64,000 nucleotides of DNA from Phoronis australis (Eukaryota; Animalia; Phoronida). The notes beneath the pieces were generated by a model. The model saw nothing but the letters and a program-made list of their open reading frames with translations, was not told the origin of the DNA and made no database searches. The translations under genes were made by a program, and so were the position numbers. Shown here in pieces: positions 1 to 11,641 of this stretch. Within the stretch, counting starts at the first letter, position 1; every line of letters begins with the position of its first letter. The DNA is taken from NCBI GenBank assembly GCA_002633005.1, contig NMRA01000397.1, positions 159,217-223,216 on the forward strand, read 5' to 3'.

Positions 1-560
1 TTCAGGTGGACTTGACATAATGAAAGCCTCCAAGTGGCCATTTTTATTTATTTAGTTTTTGGTGTCCATCCCTGTATCGGCGTACTCACTCTAAGAATCG
101 TTAAGAAAATTGGTATACATGTTCTTACTGGGAAAAGCATGACTGACAGTGATTTTTGGACAACTGTTGCACCTGTAATAACAGTTCTGCTTTTTTCGCA
201 ACCACAACTGATTCTCCTAAGCCCCTGCAGGATCTTTGGCAAATTTGGCTAGTGTATTTCTGTGAACGTGACAATGGTTGACGACTTTTGGATGTATCTG
301 ACTACAGCTTTGTCCCTTTAGTGCCAGTTTTATTTTTTTACGATCTTTGCTTGTGTGTTCCTATTCAGGAGAGAATTGCTGACTTGCTGTTTACCCCTTA
401 AAAGCTATTTTAAGTTCACTAGCATTGCTCCGTTTAGCGGAAATTTTTGATGTAATAATCATCCCTTGTATTTGTGATATATGTGATGCATATGATTGAC
501 TCCAGGTTGCTCTTGTGTAATGTGTAATGAACACTGACACTTTCGTTTTGTTGTCTGCAG

Positions 561-660
561 GACAATGACTCTGACTGGCAGTGAAGTGCGTGACACGTTG
601 AACTTGGAGTCAGTTGACGAGGCTCAGCACCCACTGTTTGACCTGGAGAGATTACTTGTG
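561..660 (+). CDS. VIRMA: Protein virilizer homolog, internal coding exon (gene enters from upstream of the window)
   Basis: Acceptor ttgtctgcag|G and donor GTG|gtgtgt. Encodes (R)TMTLTGSEVRDTLNLESVDEAQHPLFDLERLLV, similar to vertebrate VIRMA RTMSINAAELKQLL...LFLELEKLV as recalled. Phase 0 into the next exon. Confidence 0.85.
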
Positions 661-1049
661 GTGTGTAGAGTGTTTGGGTTGTGCGTAATAAGCACTTCAC
701 AATTACACAATAAATTTAAGCTCACTTGGATTTTGAACCACTAGTCTTTGTGGATGTTATACCAAGGGACTGTACGGTTGTGACAATTGTTGGTAAAGCA
801 TGCATCAGCAATTGTCTACAGTAATCCCTTAAATTTATGCAATAATTTATTTTCATGAGCTATTGGGAACACCAAAAGAATTTCATTGTCAGTTATGTGT
901 CATGAGACTTATATTTTAGAAATTCTGAAATTTATTTTGCCTACTTTTTGAAAGCAGTTTTGCCTAATCGGCTATTTAATTATTGTTTTATTTGCTGGTT
1001 AGTTTCAACCTAACAAACTGTTGATCATAGATTTAACATTTTCTTGCAG

Positions 1050-1146
1050 GACTATTCCAAAGAAGAAGAGTCCCTGGAGAGTCTACTAGAGAACATTACT
1101 GGGCTGGTGCAATTAATAAGGGACACTTCGATCAAGGAACCTAAAG
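1050..1146 (+). CDS. VIRMA: Virilizer homolog coding exon
   Basis: ttcttgcag|GAC...AAAG|gtaaca. DYSKEEESLESLLENITGLVQLIRDTSIKEPK resembles VIRMA EHSKDDDNLDSLLDSVVGLKQML. Ends in phase 1. Confidence 0.9.
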
Positions 1147-1331
1147 GTAACAGAACAGAAGGGAGATATCACAATTTTCATTTATTTAAATCTGAATTAA
1201 ACATGTATCCTTCCTGTAAAGGCTCAATTTTGATTTAGATGACTTTGTGTAATTGTAAATGTTTTCTCAGACTGTTGCTTGATTTCACTAGATGTGATTC
1301 TGGGCTCAGAAAGAACTCGCAGTTCATTATT

Positions 1332-1564
1332 GCTTGAGGCCATATTCAGCCCATAATGTGACCTGCCTGAGGCCATATTCAGCCCATAGTGTGATCTGCC
1401 TGAGGCCATATTCAGCCCATAATGTGACCTGCTTGAGGCCATATTGAGCCCATAATGTGACTTGCCTGAGGCCATATTCAGCCCATAATGTTCCCGGCCT
1501 GAGGCCATATTCAGCCCATAATGTGACCTGCCCGAGGCCATATTCAGCCCATAATGTGACCTGC
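1332..1564. repeat. 33-bp intronic minisatellite, 7 copies (GAGGCCATATTCAGCCCATAATGTGACCTGCCT)
   Basis: GAGGCC recurs at 1336, 1369, 1402, 1435, 1468, 1501 and 1534, head-to-tail with no spacers. Confidence 0.95.
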
Positions 1565-4500
1565 TATGTCAAGTCAACTTATTAGCATGGCCTTTTGCAA
1601 ATAACCAACTGCCTCCTGAGTAAGGAATAATTAGACACTATGAAGCCCCATGTGTTGCTAGCAGAAGGTGCAAGCTTCATTGCCGTAAATCGTCCCATTG
1701 AAGTGATCAACAAACACCATGCTAGCCATGTTGTTAAGAGCTGTTATTAGAAATGCTTAACCTAGCTTGTTGCATTGAGAAATGAAAATAAAAGGTTCGT
1801 GTTGAAAACCGTGTGGTTTTCAAACAAGGCGTTGCATTAATCTTTAAAGACATAGTTTCACACCAAAACAACTGCTTTTCAAAACAAATAATAGCACTGT
1901 GTGAATCTGTTGCACATGGCAGTTCTTGTCCGCACAGCTTGGTTAATGAGAAAAGCCCAGCAGTAATGACCTTATCGGACTTCAGCTGAGTCAATTCTGA
2001 GAACAGGCATATGTGATTACATAACCCTCTGTGATGTCAGACCAGGAAGACAGCTGAGTTTTCCAATGGCTACAAGCAGTCAACCCTCCAAAATTTTGCT
2101 CGCTTCACATGATAATTCCTTTCAACTCCATTTGTTGGCATAATTAAATTGCTTTTCGCCAAGGAGGTGTAAAGACCAGTGTATCACAGATAATCGAGCC
2201 TAATACAAAATATTGTAGTTTTCATTTTTTTTTCATTTTCAGCAGTGAGTAAAAAGTGTGTCACCGTTTAATTTAACCACGTATATAATTGAAATTTGAG
2301 TGGAGGTGGCAATCTCAATGACAGAATTACAAGAACACTTGAAATGGAAGTCTTGTGAACTTGGTTTTTTAAATTCATGTGTTAATCTATTGAAATAATA
2401 ATAAACCCAAGGCATCAAGAAATATTACCTGAATATGCCAGTGAACATATTATTTCAGCTGTTCATTAATGCAAATTAATTCTATCATGCTTTGGTCACT
2501 GAGTCATAGAAATCAAAGAACAAATCAGAGGACGATTATAATTTAATCCACAGTTCAAATTTAAATCAAGTGTTTTCAGTCGGAATTATATATTTGGTTT
2601 CTACAGTGAGACTTTCAAGGTCATTGAAGATTACTGCTACTGTATATAAGTCACAACTGAAATAATCTCAGTACAGTGAAGTTTACATGTGAGTCAAAAT
2701 GATCTAATCTTTTACCAAAATAAGTAACTTAGAATGCACAGTACTTTAGAACATCTAAGCATTACAAACGTTATCCAACTACAAGATAAATTTACATGAT
2801 ATGAAAGTGGATATGTCTAACTATTACCATGGTGACCAGGTATTTCCTTACATTAGAATTCGACAAGTATGCTTTGAAAAAATAAGAAGTTGCATGGAAA
2901 AAGGATTGGAGGCTGGAAGCTTCACCATCCAACATGGCCGATTACTCTAATTAAGAGCCTTTGATAACATGAATTAAGAAAGCAAAAAGTTACAACGCAT
3001 GTATTAAAAGAACGATTCATACGTAAAATTTAGAAAAATATGAATTATGTTGTGACACATATTAATCAAACCTTGAAGCGCAATTGACTTACACAGAAAA
3101 AACGATTTCAAAACTTTTTCAACTATTTTTAAGCTGAGTGTATGGTCAACTGAATGGGATATTCACACTACAATAATTAGAATATTCCTTATATTTTTTG
3201 CACAAAAACATAAACGTTGTGCAAAGTTGCTTTTTTGTAGCAGTTTTCATTAAAATGTATCAATGTTAAAACTTCATAAAGTACAAAATAGCCGATTGAA
3301 CATGCCCTTCAGTTCAGCAGAAGTCTCCATGTTTTCGGTGCGGCCAGAAATGAAACTAGGTCCAACGTGAATTATGAGCATTTTTATCACTCAATAAGTA
3401 ACATCTGCTTGGCTGAAATCCAATGAAAACTATTGAATCGCTCAGAATAGTAGGTATAGATCTTTCTCACTAAATTTCATCGTAAATTATTGGTGAAAAT
3501 AAATTATGCACAGTTTTAAACTCGTAACTTATGCTGCTGATGTCCAAGATGGCCAACCAGATCCAAACAAATGACCCAAATTTTGCCACCAAAATTGCAA
3601 TAAATGCGCACTGCTTAACTCGATTTTGATAATTTTTCAATTTTTATTGAGTTGGGATGCATTATCTTTCCGATTATATCGAAGTATTTTTGCAAATCGA
3701 AAAAAATCGGTTGGACAGCCCTACTCTTACGGCTACCGATCGACTAGGCTAAAATTCAATGGATTGCAACGACAGGTAACGAGCATCAAGCTATTCAGCA
3801 CATCCACCTACAAACACTTACCGGTATGTTGCAAAAACTGTAATTCAAAAGAAAAGCAATCCACTGGTTACTTCTAGCACTAATCCTGTCCGACAGTGTC
3901 TGTCGATGCTATCCGCCATTTTGAATGTTAGGTTGTTAATACTAGCTCAAGGCCCACTAGCTTCTGGAAAGCGACGGCATGTACCGTTTCGAATACTCTC
4001 TAAAACTTCACTCGTCATGGTTTACAACCATACTCGGATCACAGGCTGTCCATAGAAATATGTTTGCTACATAATACCGAATGCAATGGCACTCGTGGAC
4101 TTCGCAAAGTATTCTCACTTGTGACGCAGTCTTGGATTAGTGGGAAACTTGTGCAAAGATACCCCAGCCCTTGGCGTATTGCCACAGCCTCCAACTACAC
4201 AACAGTCAGGCATTCTTCTTTAAATAGTTACTCTGGTTTAAATCTAGAAATCCGTCTACATTTGAAAAAAATACTCCTCTTGGCACACAGCAATGGACAC
4301 TGTGGACTCAGTCAGGCTGACTCTGCAATGATCGGGTCACGTCCCTACTGACTACTGTAAAATGTTTATGGCAACAGACAAGACCATGTGCATATGTGTC
4401 ACATTTCAAAGAATTAATGGGCAAAAGTTGCTTAATAAACCATTCTAACAAATACAAAGATTCCATTTGTGCCAGATAGTCCCAGCCAAGAGTATAAACC

Positions 4501-4864
4501 TATGGACAGACTCGGCAGTGATCAGGACAGGAATTCCTGATGTGTTGCTGATGTGACGTGTTTCCAAAGATAGCCGAAGTTCAAAATTTTCTGTTCTCAA
4601 AGTTTTGTGGGGAAGTGGAAGCGTGTTTTAAATGAATAATAGAAGAATATGGGGTGTGAAATAAAACAAAATGTGGTTCACACGCAAACTTTATTAACAG
4701 TCAACACATGTATACATATTAACTACAACTAAATAGCTGTGAATCAATCTCTCTAAGGTTTACACCTGAAGTATGCTTTGTAAAACTTTATTTGAAAAAT
4801 TGAATGAGTTGATTCTGTTTATGCCAAATTACTTTTTTATATTTGCTACATGTCTGTCATTCAG

Positions 4865-5022
4865 ATGTGGAGGAGCCCTGCTGGCCTGAATGTCTACCTC
4901 TGTCGTCACTGTTCAACACGCGGGCCCTGTTTAGCGTGGCTGACGGAGAGGACGACAACCTTAGTCCTGATTACTGGCTGTCAGTGCTTACTCTTGATGA
5001 TTCAGATCAAGAGGTGGAAATG
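4865..5022 (+). CDS. VIRMA: Virilizer homolog coding exon
   Basis: cattcag|AT...ATG|gtatgt. (D)VEEPCWPECLPLSSLFNTRALFSVADGEDDNLSPDYWLSVLTLDDSDQEVEM resembles VIRMA DVEPVLSAPESLQNLFNNRTAYV. Phases 1/0 fit both neighbours. Confidence 0.9.
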
Positions 5023-6302
5023 GTATGTTGTGATGATGATACTGCCAACAATTTCTTGTTGGTATTCTCTGAAACTTTACCTGAATTTTTCTTAAGCTAT
5101 CTAAGAAACTGTTCAGTGTGCTTTAATGTTGCCAATATTTTCAATGTTTCTGAAACAGACTGGTCTGTCATAACTATGAATTCATGGTTCCATAAATAAG
5201 AAAACAGGTGTGACTGTGCTTAGGACCTGATTGTAACATGTATAAATTTTGTTAACCCCATGCTGTAGTCTGCTCACACTGTTAAATGAGGGGTGACAGA
5301 CAAACAATACAATGGGTCACAGAACTCACATAAAGAACCAAAAACACTTACCACACTACAAATCACCACATACTGTGAAAACTTACCACATGGGAAAAAA
5401 CTGTCTCTGAACAAAAGGACAGACTAGGCACTCTACCAGGAACAAATAAGGCAGTGTGGTAACTGGTCACCAGAGGCTGCTCTCCTGTTGTATGGAAAAT
5501 ATCTTTAATGTACTACTATAAGTGATTTTTGTTATTTTGAATGACTTATTAAAACGATTCATACAAGAAATTCAAGGTAGGGCTCTAAATTAATATAGGT
5601 GGCCTGTACCTAAGAATGCTGTTCCCTTCTCGTGGGACACTTCACATAATTTGAATTCTAAAATCTCTCCACATGAATCAACTGTCAATAGTCTACTAAT
5701 TGTAAACACATTCCTGTCATGTTTTAAATCACTTCATTAATGCATTTAAATCAAGAAAAGTAAAAACAAATACCGGGTATTCAATTTAAGGTCAAAGTGC
5801 TGTTTGAACTTACTTTGTACTAAGCAATACATTCATTTGTCCTGGTGTCGTGATCCTATGAGTACTAGTGTTGGTAAAGTAATGGTGATGTGTTCAATGA
5901 CTGTATAGCATTAACAGTTTGTAGTAAAAATATAATTTCTATTTGATTTTGCAATAGTCGAGTAATTTATTTTTTTTAAAAATGAAACAAGCTACCTTAG
6001 TGTGCCAGCTAGATCGACAAAATTGTTCTTTAGCAGGGAGCTAGCACCATGCACAGGGAGTAATGTGCGAGAACAGAGTTGTTCTGTGCATTAGCACAGG
6101 TGTGGGAAGGGAGAATACGCCTCAGTGAGAAGGAATATTGGGTGTCAAAGAAGAGGGCTGTGCGCGAGTAGGAAGTCTAGGTGCCCTGTTTGTGGTTTGT
6201 ATCGAGATTTGTCATGTGAGAGCAGCTATTTCACCAGGACTTTAATATTTTCTACTGTCATTCAAAAGAATTCCATTGTAAACATTTGCTGCTTTATGAC
6301 AG

Positions 6303-6427
6303 GTTAAGTGTGATTTACAAGATATGGCTGAAAAATACTGCAAGGACTTCAACTTGGAACAAGAACTGACCAGCAAGAGTAAGCTGCCGTCAGATTTGGA
6401 AGTTGTCAAACCACGCAAGCGAATCAG
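6303..6427 (+). CDS. VIRMA: Virilizer homolog coding exon
   Basis: ttatgacag|GTT...ATCAG|gtaaaa. VKCDLQDMAEKYCKDFNLEQELTSK resembles VIRMA VKVDLIELSEKCCSDFDLHSELERS. Phases 0/2. Confidence 0.9.
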
Positions 6428-6683
6428 GTAAAAAATGCAACCCCGGGTAGACTTTGAATTAGTTGTGGACATTTGAAGAATCTCTCACATATTGTTAAGT
6501 GAACGTGTGTTGCAAATCCTGGCAATGCTCTGTAACATTTATAGAGTCTATGGAGAAAGCACTTCATGCTCAATCGTATTTTGTTCTCGTAAAGAGTGGT
6601 AGATTGAGATGTGAGTACCAGTAGAAAGGTGGTTTTGAAAGACAATTGATTCACTGTCAGTCTTTACACTTGTTTGTTTACAG

Positions 6684-6748
6684 GGGTCCTCGTAGAAGTC
6701 ATGATATGATCAACATCAGCCAAGGGCGTGGTGGACGAAAACCATTTG
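6684..6748 (+). CDS. VIRMA: Virilizer homolog short coding exon
   Basis: tgtttacag|G...TTTG|gtaagg. Encodes (R)GPRRSHDMINISQGRGGRKPF. Phases 2/1 are exactly those needed to join the flanking exons. Confidence 0.8.
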
Positions 6749-7752
6749 GTAAGGCTAAAAATAGTAACAAAATGTAACGGGCTTTTTTGTGAACTGGTTT
6801 CCGGTGAAGTCTGAAACTCTTCAATACTATACCGAGTCCCTGTGTTTCTCCTATGTTTACTATCAATGTCTTAGGGGCAATAGTATCCATAGCAACCAAA
6901 GCACCTGTACAGCTTATATGTAGCTGCTTGTTGATCACTAATGTCACGAGTGGCATTGTCATGGGGCTGGTTTACAAAGCATCTGGGCCCGAAATCTAAT
7001 ATTTGTGTTTTACATTTTCCATTGTATTTTTATACAAATTCAAAATGGTTGTTTATTATTCTGAGCTCCAGTTTGTTATGATTTATGTGTATGACTGTAT
7101 CACTTCATGACTCCAGCATTAAAGTTATAAGTTCGAGTCTGAACTCAAAATTTTCAGTTTTTACTTGGAATCTAGATTTTTTACTCAAGTTTGTAACTCA
7201 AATCTAGTGGTTGTCTAATCCAAAGCTGTTTTATAAACTCATCTCCGTAAAGTATAATGTACTCGAGCATAGAATAATATTAAAACATTTATCTTAAGTT
7301 TGTATTAAACTAGGGCAGAGAATGTTGAAAAATATTTTTAGTTCGAATAGACGCCTGGTCCTGGCCCTTTTAACCTATCATACATACATCTGGATTCTGA
7401 TTAATGTACTATTCTGTTCCATTTTTTCAGTATCTACCTGTAAGATACCTTTTTATGCATTGAAAATAGTGAGCATTCTGACACCTTATTGAGCTGTTAC
7501 CCCATGATTCAGCAGCTGTTCAGTTAATTTCATTGGCAGTCATTTTACTTGTGTTTGACTAGTAAGGTCAGAGCCCAGAACAAGATTAGTATTTGTCTAT
7601 ATCTGTCTCTTTGGAGTGTAGGCAGCCAAGAGGTACCACTTCATTGATTAGTAGTGATTAGTCACTGTTGGTTCACCTGTGACTCAATGTACTATTGCAC
7701 CACTACCCTTTTTCGTCACCATTTTGTCATCATTCTCTGCTCATCCTTGCAG

Positions 7753-7922
7753 TTGCACCAATGAGGGGCCGTGGGTTCGGTCGTGGGGCATCAGGCAACC
7801 GTCCCAACGACCATTTCCGCTCGCGTCCACCTAATACCAGCCGCCCGCCATCCATGCATGTTGACGACTTTGTTAAGTTTGAGCAACATCCAGACCCAGA
7901 GCAGCCACGAAGGAGTGAAAGG
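7753..7922 (+). CDS. VIRMA: Virilizer homolog coding exon carrying the family signature motif
   Basis: ccttgcag|TT...AGG|gtagga. Contains DHFRSRPPNTSRPPSMHVDDFV, the conserved virilizer C-terminal signature (NTSRPPSMHVDDF). Confidence 0.95.
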
Positions 7923-8399
7923 GTAGGAGGCTATTATCTACACTCTATTGTCACACTCTGCAAAATTTTGTAGCTTGCCTCTTTTGTAAATGTTGTGATT
8001 ATATGATTTCTGATTTGCATTTGTTGCTTGTCACACCATATTATTGGCCAAAAAAGTCAACCACCTGTTAACGCCACATGGAGTAGTAAGGTCTCACAGC
8101 GAAGCAAATCTACCCACAAAAATCAGTCGTTAAATGAGCTTTGCTCAGTGCACTCCTGTGATTAGGAAAACTAACTCGCGGTATTAAAGAGACCCCTAGC
8201 ATGTACCCGTATCAGTTAAGAGGCACTGTATTTCGTTTGAACTTTAATTTTAGTGTTTGCAGATCTTTTTCAGGTATTAAATGTTTATTCACCTGTAGCA
8301 AACAAAATTACAAAACATGAGAGATGATATGCAGCTAAACATGGATTATCCTCACTAATCAAGATACAACCCTTCAGGATGCAATTTAATGAGGTTAAC

Positions 8400-8720
8400 G
8401 AAAGTTTGAAAGTTGATGTTTTTGTACAAATTTTTGTGAAAATGTATAATTTTGGCAAGTATCATTAGTAAGTTAACAGCTCAATATTCCAGCTGAGTAT
8501 TTTTCAAGACTCCAAACTTTGTCTAAAGGAAGATCTACATGATATATTTGCTTCAACCATTCGCTGAACAGAAGCCAAAAACGAGATACAAGACGACATT
8601 CCCAAAATAAATGAAGGAAGGTTTCACTGTGCTCTCCACAGAACGAACATAGGTCATCTGCTTTTACTTTTATTTTATGCAAAATGTTATTGGTTGGCAA
8701 TATCCTGTGAATTAGTGGTA
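8400..8720 (-). mobile_element. L1/Tx1-type LINE fragment (zf-RVT region of ORF2), intronic and degenerate
   Basis: Minus-strand translation HRILPTNNILHKIKVKADDLCSFCGEHSETFLHLFWECRLVSRFW has the C-x2-C...E-T-x-x-H-L-F-W-x-C zinc knuckle of non-LTR retrotransposon RT C-termini. Confidence 0.85.
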
Positions 8721-8869
8721 CTGACACCAACACAATTTTGTGTCTTGTGTGTTTGAAATTGACTGCCTGGTAGCTCCAAATGCATTCCCTCACGGAAATA
8801 ATCGGACTTGTGCAGAGAATTCTCTGGGTTTTGTTAAATGTTCATTTATTCAATGAATTTGATTTACAG

Positions 8870-9117
8870 GACAGTGGTCGTGGACGAGGTTTTGATCGGG
8901 GTCGTGGGAGGGGCTTTGATCGTGGTCGCGGGTTTGAACGGCAACGGGGCAGATTCTTCAGCCCACCAGGACGTTACTTGCGCGGCGACTCCCGTGGTGG
9001 ATTCAGAGGCAGTAGGGGTGGGTCTCGAGGCAGCCCAACCTTTAGAAATGGCTCCAGACCTAGTCCATCACGTGGCTTCAAATATTCACCTCGTGGTGGC
9101 AGCTTTGGTGGCCGAGG
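8870..9117 (+). CDS. VIRMA: Virilizer homolog coding exon, RG/RGG-rich tail
   Basis: gatttacag|GAC...CGAGG|gtaggt. Encodes DSGRGRGFDRGRGRGFDRGRGFERQRGRFFSPPGRY...; RFFSPP corresponds to vertebrate RFFTPP. Phases 0/2. Confidence 0.88.
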
Positions 9118-9443
9118 GTAGGTAGCTGTAAACAGTTGAAAAAATCATAAATTCTCATCTCCCAAACAGTCAATAAAGTTTTATTCAGGATTGCTGATTA
9201 CCTGTCATAAGTGTGATTCATTTACAATATCCATGTCTGTGGAACAGTGTACAACAGATGCAACAATTTCAACTTCAATCTGGTTATTGTTTTTTCCAGT
9301 GCTGATGGCAGCCCAATAAAACACTTCATTTAGTTTTTCCTTCATTGCTTCAGAAAGTTTGCCTTACAAATCCGTTAGATATATTTTGTCCAAAGTTACT
9401 GATACAGAATACTAAATAAATTCAGTTCCCCTTGATACCTATA

Positions 9444-10733
9444 TTTATGCGCCCACATTATATGTGGACGCATTATGCCGTCATCTCTGTCCGCCATCTG
9501 TCCAGCGTCCGGCATCCATCCAGCGTCCAGCATCCATTCGGCGTCCAGCATCCACTGCTCTATCTCCAAAACCCTTAGACAATTATGTTCATGAAATTTT
9601 GCAGGTATGTTCCTTTCATGGACGGTATGCCATGAGCGAACTTTTGGATGGATCCGACTAGTGGTGGCAATTTTAATTTTTTACATTTACTTGTGTATTT
9701 TCAAAGGTCTTCAATGTATTTTCATAAAATTTGGCATGTAGGCATCTGTTAGTGAGATGATGCTATCCTCCGGTTTTCAGATGGATTCGACGTAGTTTGC
9801 GCCACCTAGTGGCCATTTTGCTGTTTTTGAGTCTGCTCTAAGGATGATTCTGAAAATTGGCATGTATGTTTTTACTGTGAAGAGGACAGCTGATGATGAT
9901 TTTCCGACGATTTCGACTTCTGTGGCACCTGCTAGTGGCAGTTTTGTTTTTTGTGCCCATGGCTGTATTTCCTAAACCGTTTGTAGAAACTGTACTAAAT
10001 TTAGCAGGTGTTGAAAACGGACGACGATAACTTTCCGACGGATCTAACTACTGGTTTGCCCCCTAGTGGCAATTTTATTTTTTTACATTTACCTCAGTCT
10101 GTATCTTCAAAGGTCCTCAACGGATTTTCAGAAAAATTGGAATATAGGCATCTATTGGTGAGATGATGCTATCCACCCTTTTTCGGATGGAGTCGAGGTA
10201 CTTTGCACCACCTAGTGGCCATTTTTGATGCTTTCAAATCAGTTTTTGGCGTCCACCCCTCTAAGGCTGATTTTGAAAATTGACGTATATGTTCTCAGTG
10301 TGAAGAGGACGGTTGACGATGACGACTTCTGTGGCGTCTCCTAGAGGCAGTTTTGTTTTGTTTTGTTTTGTGCCCATGGCTGCATCTCCTAAACCCAACG
10401 CAAGATTTTTATTTAATTTAGTAATTGTATTTATATGAAGCTAACTACAGACGACGACATCTCAGGCGGATCCAACGAACACTGTGTCGTCCCATAGGGG
10501 CAATTTCATTTTTTCTGTTTTCCTTTGTTTCTCTGAAGTTCCATGACAGATTTTAATGAAATTTAGTAAATAGCTTTCTATTAAACAAGTGATGGCATGT
10601 TCCCATTTCCAGATGGATTGGATATTTTTGCGACATCTAGTGGCCATTTTTATGAAACAAATAATTAACCCTAGAAGCACACCATTTGTGGTGCATTCGT
10701 GGGTGCATTTCGACGCTCTGCATTGCTCTTGTT
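9444..10733 (+). mobile_element. Helentron-associated (HINE/DINE-1-like) non-autonomous element with internal ~145-bp tandem subunits
   Basis: Starts TTTATGCGCCCACAT-TAT-ATGTGGACGCAT (hairpin), followed by a CTGTCC/CGTCC/CATCC-type microsatellite and degenerate tandem subunits each with CTAGTGGC; ends ...GCTCTTGTT. Same family as 1-360, 29745-30290, 49133-50077, 51214-52880, 59192-60876 and 61872-62310. Confidence 0.75.
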
Positions 10734-10879
10734 GAAGTACTCTTGTGTTGTATCTAACTACTACTCTTCTTGAAGAACTTTGAAAGACACTAGATTGTTA
10801 TACCTTAGTTAAAAGACTTAGATTATAGAAGTTGGGTGGCAGATCCTAGGCATGTTTACAAGTACATGTTTCATTTCAG

Positions 10880-11042
10880 ACACAACCGTTCATCATCTGT
10901 TGACAATCGACGGGATGGCCGTGACACTGGCGAAAGGTTTGGCCGTGGACGGGGAGGACGTGGGCCTGATAGATTTATCCAGCCATCAGGGTCAGGATTC
11001 CGAGACCGCAGAGAGAGGCACCAAAGATCCTTCACAAAATAA
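10880..11042 (+). CDS. VIRMA: Virilizer homolog terminal coding exon
   Basis: tcatttcag|A, phase 2, matching the previous exon. Ends ...RRERHQRSFTK*, matching the VIRMA C-terminus RHVRSFTR*. Confidence 0.92.
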
Positions 11043-11190
11043 GCATGTCAAGTTTTGCCATCTGAATACTGTGTTGAGCTGCAAATTAGTGCCTGGGTTA
11101 ATAGTTTGTCATGAAATGCGCAGTCTGTACTTCTGTTTAATGCAACCCAAGTTGAGAACTGTCGATTTCCACTGATTGAATGTAGTTATC

Positions 11191-11398
11191 TATTGGTGAC
11201 CTGTTTGTGTTTGCGGACCTAGCTTTCGAGCCCATCCTGGGCCCTTTGTCAGGGTACTGGCGGGAATCTTTGTCACGTGGTCACCAGTGGGTGGTCCTTG
11301 GTGGTTGTCCCGCTAGTACCCCCAACGAAGGGTTCAGAACAGGCTCAAAAGCTAGGTCTTAAAAGCTGTTCCATCGAAACACAAACAGGTCGCCGATA
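11191..11398. mobile_element. Penelope-type inverted-repeat (fold-back) relic in the presumed VIRMA 3' UTR
   Basis: Arms 11191-11265 and 11308-11398 are imperfect reverse complements. Their consensus CTGACGAAGGGCCCAGGATGGGCTCGAAAGCTAGGTC resembles the minimal hammerhead of Penelope pseudo-LTRs. Confidence 0.6.
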
Positions 11399-11635
11399 CA
11401 TTACAACTCTATCCCCTGTACAAGTAGTTATAGTCAAGGGAAAGATAATAAGCTTTTTGCAACACAATCAGTTGTTTAGTATATACTATGAAAATGTTAT
11501 AAGGCACAGCAGGAAAACACGTTGAACTATTCCCTACATGCTTTGAATTGTTTGCGTATTATCATTTCCTTACATGTTTCATTTTCTGTCTTTGCTATGC
11601 TGTTCCTACTTTAAGAGAAATAGAAAGCGTTAGAA

Positions 11636-11641
11636 AATAAA
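11636..11641 (+). terminator. Candidate VIRMA polyadenylation signal AATAAA (another at 12278-12283)
   Basis: Canonical hexamer about 600 nt past the stop, followed by T-rich sequence. Usage cannot be shown from DNA alone. Confidence 0.3.

Noticed and set aside
1332-1564. CRISPR-like array (33-bp repeats)
   Set aside because: Units are contiguous with no unique spacers, there are no cas genes, and the context is a eukaryotic intron.
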